Origin: Candidatus Eiseniibacteriota bacterium
GTDB lineage: Bacteria > Eisenbacteria > RBG-16-71-46
NCBI GenBank assembly: GCA_038231135.1
Contig: JBBRLX010000006.1
Coordinates: 96,001-160,000 of the forward strand
Length of the DNA: 64,000 nt
Direction: 5' to 3'
The notes beneath the pieces are model-generated. The model was not told where the DNA came from. It was given only the letters and a program-made list of their open reading frames with translations, and made no database searches. The translations under genes and the position numbers were made by a program. Shown here in pieces: positions 1 to 7,900 of the stretch (the first letter of the stretch is position 1; the number at the start of each line of letters is the position of its first letter).

Positions 1-630
1 GCCGCGATGTTCCTGGGCCCATGGGGACGCGGTTCCCGGGCATGGCCGCGCGTCGTCATGCTCGTGGTGTTCGGGCTGGTCGCCGCGCTGTTCACGACCG
101 GCCCGTTGCGCGCGGCGCTCGAATACCGGATGCAGGCGAGCGCGCTCGACTACTCGGGCAGCGAGCGCATGCTGCTCTACCGGCTCGCGATCGACGAGGG
201 CCTGCGCCATCCGCTGCTCGGCATCGGCATCAACAACTTCTCGGTGGCGTCGCACTCGCTGCACGGGCTCGACACCGTGCCGCACAACCTCGAGCTGGGA
301 TTCTTCGCCGAACTGGGCGTGCCGGGACTGGCGCTCGCGCTGGCCTGGTGCGCGGCCCTGCTCGGCACCGCGTTCGGCGCGGTGCGCGCGAGCCGCACGG
401 CGCGCGACCGCACGCTGGCGCTGGGCGTGGCGGCCGCCGTGGTCGCGGCGCTGCTCCACAATCAGGTCGAATCGACGCTCTATGGCGAGCAGTTCAAGCT
501 GCTGCTGTTCGGCGTGGCGGCCGCGGCGTGGCGGCTGTCGTTGCAGGATGCGCCGGGTGTCGTTGCGGGATGCACGGGTGAAAACCCCATGCCACCCGGC
601 GAATCGTGCGCGATGCACGAAACCCCGTGA
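1..630 (+). CDS. O-antigen ligase/Wzy_C family membrane protein (5'-partial)
   Basis: Hydrophobic helices with S-x-x-E-R...HPLLGIG-x-N-N-F...HNLELGFFAELGVPGL, the typical WaaL/Wzy_C motif series; frame is open from the window edge. Confidence 0.8.
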   Translation, partial: AAMFLGPWGRGSRAWPRVVMLVVFGLVAALFTTGPLRAALEYRMQASALDYSGSERMLLYRLAIDEGLRHPLLGIGINNFSVASHSLHGLDTVPHNLELGFFAELGVPGLALALAWCAALLGTAFGAVRASRTARDRTLALGVAAAVVAALLHNQVESTLYGEQFKLLLFGVAAAAWRLSLQDAPGVVAGCTGENPMPPGESCAMHETP

Positions 631-820
631 TTCCTGTGGAATTCCTGGGTGCCCGCCCGGGCGCCCGTTAGAATTGGAGCAGCATCCGCGCGCGGCACAG
701 TGGTTTCCGTCGGGTCGCGCACTCCTTCAGGAATGAGCCCTCCGCAGGTTCCGGGAGGGAACGCCCAGGCAGGCCAACGGCAGAGCGCGTCCACCGACGC
801 AGCGAGCCCGCGGCACTCGC

Positions 821-1831
821 GTGCATCGTCGAAGTGGTTCCACCGCCTCCCTCATGCTGCTCGGAATCCTGATCACCTCCATGCTCCAGCCCGCGCGGGC
901 CCGCGCGTTCACGCCGGACGCCGCCGTGCGCGTCGCCATGCGCGCCGCGGACGCGCTGCCTCAGGGGGCATGGGATCCCGCGATGGACGGCGCCGTGCAG
1001 GCCGCAATGTCGCAGCGGGTGGCCGCCGAGGATGCCGACCCCGAGAGCTGGCTGCCGCTGCATCGCTACGCGGCCCCGGCCGCCGGCGACATCACGCTGG
1101 CCGGCACGCTGGCCGCCGACGCGCCCCACGCGTTCGCCGGCGCCGTGGCGTCGCTGTCGGATGCGTTCGCGAGCGGCGATCGCAACCGCTGGCCGCAGGC
1201 GCTGGAGCGGCTGGCGGCGTACGCGTGCGACCTCGCCGATCCCTACCAGAATTCGGCGCTCGATCTCGACGAGGCCCCGGGTGGCCGTGCCCGGTTCGGT
1301 GACCTGCTCGCCCCCGAATCCACACCGGCCGTGACCGCCCGCGCGGAATCGCTGGCGCCCGGACGGGCGCTCGCCGAGGCGGTCGCCATGGCCCGCGGCA
1401 GCGCCGCGCTGCGCGACACGCTCGAGCGTCTCGCCGCGACCGGGGACAGCACCGCAATGGACCGGCTGCAGCACGACCGGCTCGACGCGGCGACGCTGCT
1501 GGCGCGGCGCGCGGTCGTGGCCGCCTGGCGCGCCACGGCGGCGCTGCCCGATCCGGGCACGATGCCGCTGCATGTGTCGCCCAATCCGGTCCGCGGACAC
1601 ATGACGCTGACGTTGTCGTTCGTGGTACCCCGCTCCGGAGCCGCCCGCTTCGAGCTGTTCGATCTCGCCGGCCGCCGCGCCGTAGCGCGGGACTTAGGCC
1701 GCCTGGCGGCGGGCGCCCACGTGATCGACCTCGACGACGTCGCCGGCGCCGAGCGTCCGGGGCTCTACTTCGCCCGGATCACGACCCCCGCTGGCATCGC
1801 CACCGCGCGGGTCGTCCTCGCCACGCGCTGA
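821..1831 (+). CDS. Secreted protein: degenerate S1/P1 nuclease / Zn-phospholipase-C-like helical domain plus C-terminal FlgD-Ig/T9SS-CTD-like domain
   Basis: Signal peptide ending ARA|F; AAYACDLADPYQ resembles HYxxDxxxPxH; C-terminus SPNPVRG...FDLAGRR...PGLYFARI. Confidence 0.6.
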   Translation: MHRRSGSTASLMLLGILITSMLQPARARAFTPDAAVRVAMRAADALPQGAWDPAMDGAVQAAMSQRVAAEDADPESWLPLHRYAAPAAGDITLAGTLAADAPHAFAGAVASLSDAFASGDRNRWPQALERLAAYACDLADPYQNSALDLDEAPGGRARFGDLLAPESTPAVTARAESLAPGRALAEAVAMARGSAALRDTLERLAATGDSTAMDRLQHDRLDAATLLARRAVVAAWRATAALPDPGTMPLHVSPNPVRGHMTLTLSFVVPRSGAARFELFDLAGRRAVARDLGRLAAGAHVIDLDDVAGAERPGLYFARITTPAGIATARVVLATR

Positions 1832-1854
1832 ACGACCCCGAACCCGGGGTTCGT
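1832..1854 (+). terminator. Possible hairpin after the 821-1831 gene
   Basis: ACGACCCCG-aacc-CGGGGTTCGT imperfect stem directly after the stop; no U-tract. Confidence 0.3.
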
Positions 1855-2242
1855 CCGCAGGTCATCCCATCTTCAACTCGCGCGGCCGCAATTCGATGCC
1901 GCCCGGGACCGCCACTCGAACCAGCTCCGCCGCATCGCCATGCTCATGCGTGCATCGAAAGATGTGCGGCGGCAGAGAGGGAGTAGAACGGCTCACCGCC
2001 AACTCGATCACCTTCTGGTCTCGTGAGGATTGGGTCGGAGTGGCTTACTGAGGGGGAGTCGATTCCGGCGGTTCCACGGATCGAGAGGGTGACCTACGTG
2101 CGGACGCTCTTCGAGGCGACTCGGGGAGCGTCTTCGCTTGGGTGGTGCTTCTTACAGCCGGGGTCGGCAAACATTGCCAAGCCGCAGGTAGATTTTGACC
2201 CAACCCGGTCCGCTGGCCCCGACTGGCGTGGCTTTGAGTCGA

Positions 2243-2257
2243 TGGCACGCGAGATGC
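2243..2257 (+). promoter_or_regulatory. Candidate sigma54 (-24/-12) promoter upstream of the YHS gene
   Basis: TGGCACGCGAGATGC matches TGGCACG-N4-TTGC with exact GG-N10-GC spacing, ~55 nt before the ATG at 2313. Confidence 0.5.
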
Positions 2258-2312
2258 CCGTCCCGGGGGCGAGGCCCGGCGAACGGTGTCGCGCCTCCTT
2301 CCAGGAGACGTC

Positions 2313-2474
2313 ATGATCGTCAAGGATCCCGTGTGCGGACAGGAAATCGAGAGCTCCTCCAACGAGGGCCACTCGGAGTACGACGGGCACTCGTATTTCT
2401 TCTGCTCGGACAACTGCAAGACCATGTTCGAGCTGGATCCGCAGCGCTGCATCGTCGCGGCCTACTCCAGGTAG
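2313..2474 (+). CDS. YHS-domain (TRASH-like) small metal-binding protein
   Basis: KDPVCGQ...EYDGHSYFFCSDNCKTMF..DP; AGGAG RBS at 2303-2307 favours ATG 2313. Confidence 0.9.
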   Translation: MIVKDPVCGQEIESSSNEGHSEYDGHSYFFCSDNCKTMFELDPQRCIVAAYSR

Positions 2475-2583
2475 CCGCTTCGCTCCCGGGCCGCGCCGGG
2501 GTCACAGACGGCCGGCATCCGTGCAGGCGCGCGCAACGATGCCCCCGGGAATTCCCTCAACAGATGACCAGGCGTAGGGAGGA

Positions 2584-3129
2584 ATGACCATGCGCGATGT
2601 CGAGATCGAACGCGAGGCCGCGCAGCGTCGTCGTCAGGCCGCCGAACGCTACCGGCCGCCGACCATCCACGTGCTGCTGGTGGCGGAGTCGCCTCCCGCG
2701 TTACTGTCACGGCACTTCTATTTCGAGGACGTGGACCATCACGATGGTCTGTTCTGGGACATCGTGAAGGCCGTCACCGGCGGTCTGATGACGGATCGGC
2801 GGGAGAAGCCCCAATACCTCGCGGAATTGATGGCGATGGGTGTATTCCTCGTCGACCTCAAGGAGGATCCCGCCGATTGCACCCCGCTCGACCAATGCGT
2901 CGAAGCCTTGATCGTCCGCTGCCTGGCGCTCGCCCCGCGGAAGATCATCATCATCAAGCCCGAGGTGTTCGACCTCGCGTTCCTGCCGCTGAGGAATGCC
3001 GGTCTGCCGGTGGTGAATCGGCGCATTCCGTTTCCCGGCACCGGGCGGCAGCTGCAGTTCGCGAGCGCGTTCGCGGCCGCGCTCGAGCATCATCCCCCGC
3101 ATTCGCCCGAGGACCTCGAGCTGCCCTAG
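2584..3129 (+). CDS. Hypothetical protein, uracil-DNA-glycosylase-like fold
   Basis: YRP...VLLVAESPP...HFYF, GVFLVD and IPFPG motifs resemble the UDG-like superfamily. Confidence 0.55.
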   Translation: MTMRDVEIEREAAQRRRQAAERYRPPTIHVLLVAESPPALLSRHFYFEDVDHHDGLFWDIVKAVTGGLMTDRREKPQYLAELMAMGVFLVDLKEDPADCTPLDQCVEALIVRCLALAPRKIIIIKPEVFDLAFLPLRNAGLPVVNRRIPFPGTGRQLQFASAFAAALEHHPPHSPEDLELP

Positions 3130-3190
3130 CGCACGTCGGGTCGGCGGCGGATCCATCGCCCGGCCCGGCGACCCGCTGCGGGGAGGCGCG

Positions 3191-4150
3191 ATGAGGCTCG
3201 GGGTGTGCGCGCAGGCGCTCCAACATTTGCCGTTCGCCGACGGCGTGCAGCGTGCCCGCGACCTCGGATTCCACGCCATGGAGCTGCCGGTTCACGCCGG
3301 AAATCCGTGGGTGGACCTCGCGGCGTCGCTGGCAGGCCGGTCCGAAGACGTGCTGCTGCCGTTTCGCGCCGCCGGCCTCGACATCTCCGCGCTGTCGAAC
3401 CACACCGAGGGCCAGTTGCTGCTGGGCCCGCATGGCGTCGACACCGACCAGGTGTTCCGCGGCGACGCCGCGGCGAAGTCGGAGTTCGCGCGCAACCGGC
3501 TGATCCTCACCGCCGAGCTCGCCCGCCGGCTGGGCGTGGGAGTGGTGTGCGGATTCACCGGCTGCGAGGACTACTCACGCTGGTTCCCATACCCGCTCGC
3601 GGATGGTTACGAGCGCATGGTCCCCGAGTTTCGCGAACGGCTGCTGCCGGTGCTCGACGCGTTCGAGCAGCGCGGGGTGCGGTTCGCGATCGAGTGCCAT
3701 CCGAAGCAGTTCGCCTACAACCTCGAGACTGCGCAGCTGGCGCTCGCGGCGGTGGATCACCATCCCGCGCTGGCGTTCAACCTGGATCCCGCGAACCTGC
3801 TGATCGCCGGCACCGACCCCGTGGTGTTCGTCGCCGAGCTCGGCGACCGCATCGCCCACGTCCACGCCAAGGACGGCGAGAGCGTCGCGCACAATGCCGG
3901 ACGCTCGGGATTGCTGGCGCACGGCGCGTGGGGGCGGCGCGACCGCGGTTTCCGGTTCCGCATCCCCGGCTGGGGCGACGTGCCGTGGCGGCGCCTGCTC
4001 ACCGAGTTGCAGCTCGCGGGCTACGATGGCGTGGTCGCGCTCGAGCACGAGGACCCGGCGTTCTCGCCGATGGAGGGGCTGGAGCGTGGCGCCGAATTCC
4101 TGGAGCCGCTGCTGTTCCGGGATCCGAAGCCGCGGGATACGTGGTGGTGA
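3191..4150 (+). CDS. Sugar phosphate isomerase/epimerase (xylose-isomerase-like TIM barrel)
   Basis: FAIECHP, NLDPANL, HVHAKD, GWGDVPW, LEHED metal-ligand motifs; GGAGG RBS. Confidence 0.9.
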   Translation: MRLGVCAQALQHLPFADGVQRARDLGFHAMELPVHAGNPWVDLAASLAGRSEDVLLPFRAAGLDISALSNHTEGQLLLGPHGVDTDQVFRGDAAAKSEFARNRLILTAELARRLGVGVVCGFTGCEDYSRWFPYPLADGYERMVPEFRERLLPVLDAFEQRGVRFAIECHPKQFAYNLETAQLALAAVDHHPALAFNLDPANLLIAGTDPVVFVAELGDRIAHVHAKDGESVAHNAGRSGLLAHGAWGRRDRGFRFRIPGWGDVPWRRLLTELQLAGYDGVVALEHEDPAFSPMEGLERGAEFLEPLLFRDPKPRDTWW

Positions 4151-4221
4151 GCACCGCGGGTTCCAGAACGGACCGGTGTCTGGAGCTTGCCTGGTCATCA
4201 GGGTGCGGCACAGTGCCGTCG

Positions 4222-4704
4222 TCAGCGCAGCTGCGGCAGTGGCATATCCATCGACCACACGATCGCCATTCCCGCGAGGCCGCCGGCCAGGCAGGCCAGC
4301 CAGAACCGCTTGACCCCCTTGGGATTGCTTAGCCGCGGGTCGAAGACAACGAGGTTCGCACGGAGGAACTCGGCACCACCGCGAAGGAATAGCCAGTAGG
4401 TACCGAGCATCCACACGACGAATATCGATGCGTACCACGCCAGGACCCAGGGGTTGCCGTCTCCAGGCCGGAAGTAATACCAGAGGGACGGGACGTGCCC
4501 GAAGACCATGCCCAGACCCATGACGATCCAGGGGATGTTGGCGTAGGTGAGGTACCCGCGTGCAAGGATGTCGTAGCCGTTCGCCAGCGCGGGATCACCC
4601 TGGATTCGCTCCTGCGCCTGATTCCGAAACCCGGCGATGCTGACCCCGGTCGTGACGATGCATATGAGCCAGAAGTATCGCGAGAAGAGTTCGAACGCGG
4701 TCAC
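4222..4704 (-). CDS. Hypothetical membrane protein (~4 TM)
   Basis: 160 aa aromatic/hydrophobic ORF with GGAGGG RBS upstream of GTG. Confidence 0.7.
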   Translation of the reverse strand: MTAFELFSRYFWLICIVTTGVSIAGFRNQAQERIQGDPALANGYDILARGYLTYANIPWIVMGLGMVFGHVPSLWYYFRPGDGNPWVLAWYASIFVVWMLGTYWLFLRGGAEFLRANLVVFDPRLSNPKGVKRFWLACLAGGLAGMAIVWSMDMPLPQLR

Positions 4705-4916
4705 GGCAAATCACCCTCCGCCCCGTTGGCAACCATTCCGGCGCGATCGTGAATGCTGATTCATCGGCAGGGTTGCGCGACGACTCCCGTGAAAACGACC
4801 GGCCCATGGAAATCAGGGGCGCTCCGGCAGCGGGGCAGATCGAAGACCTTCGATTACAGGACGCGCAGATCCGGGCAGAGTTGAGAGAGTTGCCCAGGTT
4901 CAGCGGACGCGGCAGC

Positions 4917-7900
4917 CTACTGCCCCGTCAGCACCACGCGTCCCGTCCGGACGCCTTCGCGCGCCTCGAGCCGGTAGAAGTACAGCCCCGGCCGCAGGCT
5001 CAGGCCCCGGTCGTCGGTCAAATCGATGCCGAGGTGATGCTCGCCCGGATCGAGTTGCGCTTCGTCCAGCAGGCGCCGTATGCGGCGGCCCGAGGTGTCG
5101 TACAGATCGGCGCGGACGGATTCGCGCGCGGTCGTGGTGAAGTGCAGCGTGGCGTGTCCATAGACGGGGTTCGGCGTCATGCGAGCGCCGAACACCAGCC
5201 CGCCGGGGGTAATCGCGGTGGTGACGTCGTCACCCGCCCTGCCCATGGCGAGCGCCGATGAGTTCGCGACCACGTTGATTCCCACGTCGTCGACGAGGAA
5301 CGTCTCGCCGGCGACGACCGGGGCGTCGAGCACCTGCATGTCGAGAGTGTTGTTTGCGCCACCGGTGACGACGTCGACGCTCACGAACTGCCACACCGGC
5401 GACAGCGTCACGGCGGCGGACTGGATCGTGGTGCCGACCTGGACGCCGGCGGGCGTGTACTCGCGAACCTTGATGCGCACCTGCCCCGTGTTGGACGGCG
5501 AGCGTACCCAGGCGGCGAACCGGTAGCGGGTCCCTGCCACGGGGATCGACATGATCCAGTTGGGGCTGTCGTTGAGACCCATGGAGGCGGTGCCGGTAGT
5601 GGTGGCGCCCCGGACTTGCACGGCGAAGCTGTCGACGCGCCCGCCCGCGACCCGGGTGGTCGTGGCGCTGCCGGCGCCGTTCCAGCCGTTCAGATTGGTC
5701 TCGAATGTCGGATTGCCGCACAGGTTGCGGTCGGCAGGCGGAATCACGCCCTGCCCGGGGCTCACGGTGATCGCGAGCGTCGCCGAGCCGGACATGGCGT
5801 TCACCGCCGTGAACGTCACGGAGTAAGGAGTCGAGCGCGACGCTCCGCCCAGCGGCGTCCACGTCAGCGTGCCTCCGGTGCGCGTGGCGTTGGGCGTGAA
5901 CTCGGCGTCGTTGCCGGCGGGCAGACCCGTCAGGCCGGCCGTCAGCGAGGCGATCGCGTCGGAGTCGGGATCGGCGGCCGCAATGACCACCGTCAGCGTC
6001 TGGCCCTCGGCCACGCTGGCCGTGGCCGGCGACGTCACCACCGGCGACCGGTCGACGTTCGCGACGGTGATGGACGTGGTGGCGGATCCGGACTGCGTGT
6101 TCGACGCGGTGAACGTCACCGTGTAGGGGGTGGCGCGGCCGTCGAACCAGCCGGGGGTCCATGTGAGCGTGCCCTGGGTGTGCGCGGCGTTGGTCACGAA
6201 CGACGCGTTGTTGCCGGCGGGCAGTCCCGATACGGCGAGTGACGTGATCGCCTGGCTGTCGGGATCGCTCGCGGTCACGGTCACGGTGAGCTGGCCGTTC
6301 TCGGTCGCGGTCGCCGTGGGCGGTGCGAGCACGACGGGCAACTGGTCCGCGCCCGGCAGCAGGGTGATCGAGACGTCGTCGGTCTGGAACACCTCGCCGG
6401 CGGCGACCGGGTAGTCGCTCAGTTCGAGATCGATCGTCGAGCCGGCCTTGAGCGTTACGAAGTCGACGGACATCAACTGCCACGCAGCCGTCAACGGAAT
6501 CGCATTCGAGTACACCACAGCGCCCTGCAGCACGCTGTTCGAATACTCGCGCAACTTGAGCTTGGTACTGCCATGACTCGACGCCGACCGCACCCAGGCG
6601 CTGAAGCGGTACCGCGAGCCTGCCGCGGGCGACGACGCCACCCAGTTGGGCTGATCGCCGATGCCGAACGTGGCGGTGGCGGCCGCAGGAGACCGCATTT
6701 CGAGCGCCCAGCCGCCGTCATGGCCGCCGGCGACGCGCGCCAGCGTGGCGCTCGCGGTGGACTGCCAGCCGGCGATGTCGGTCTCGAACGACGGGTTCGC
6801 GCACAGGTTGGGCGGCGGCGGCGCGGCCTGAACGGTGATCGCGGTCACGGCCGAGCCGGTGAGCGCATTCGCAGCGCCGAAGCTGACAGGCCAGGGGCCG
6901 GGGCCATCGTAGTAGGCAGGCGTCCAGGTGAACGTGCCGGACTTCTGGTCGGAGGCCGGCGTGAACGTGGCAGCGGCTCCCGCGGGCAACGCGCCGAGGT
7001 TCGCGGCGAGCGACGTGATCGCGTCGCCATCGGCGTCGGCCGCCGTCACCGTGATGGACAGTGGCTGGCCCTGAACGACGGTGGCCGTGGCGGGAGCCGT
7101 CACCACCGGCGCGCGGTCGACATTCGCGACCGAAATCGTGATGGAGGCGGTCGCGATCAGCGCGTTGGCGGCCGTGAACGTCACGACATAGGGGCCGGGC
7201 GCGTCCGCGAACGACGGCGTCCACGTCAGGCTGCCGGCGGTGTTCGAGGCGTTGGGTACGAACGTGGCGTTGTTGCCGGCGGGCAGGCCGGCGAGCGCCG
7301 CAGTCAGCGAGGTGAGAGCGTCGCCGTCGGGATCCGACGCGGACACGGTCACCGTCAGCGGCTGGTTCTCGGTCGCGGTTACGCCGGCCGGCACGGTCAG
7401 CACCGGCGCGCGATCGGCGGGGGTCACGCTGATATCGGTGACGGCCGAGCCGCTGAGTGCGTTGGCGGCGGTGAACGTCACGGTGTAGGGCCGGGCGCTG
7501 TCCGCCAGCGTCGGGGTCCACGTGAGCGTGCCGGTCTTGTGCGAGGCGCTCACGACGAACACCGCGTCGTTGCCGGCCGGCAGCGCCGACAGGTCCGCGG
7601 TCAGCGTGGCGATCGGGTCGAGGTTGGGATCGGCCGCCGTCACGCTGAGCGTGAGCTTCTGGCCCTGGACGACCGACGCGGTCGCCGGCGCCGTCACCGA
7701 CGGCGGCGCGTCCACATTGGTGATGGTGATCGAGGTCTGTGCCGAAGCGCTCAGGCCATTCGCCGCGGTGAACGTCACGACGTAGGGGCCGGAGCCGTCG
7801 GTGGGACCCGGCGTCCACGTCAAGGTCGCTCGGGTGTTGTCGGCGTTCGGGGTGAACGTGGCGCCTCCCGCGGAGGGCAGCGTGCCCAGATCGACGCCGA

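Noticed and set aside
2023..2316. 97-aa ORF before the YHS gene
   Set aside because: No motif; overlaps the putative promoter and RBS of the YHS gene
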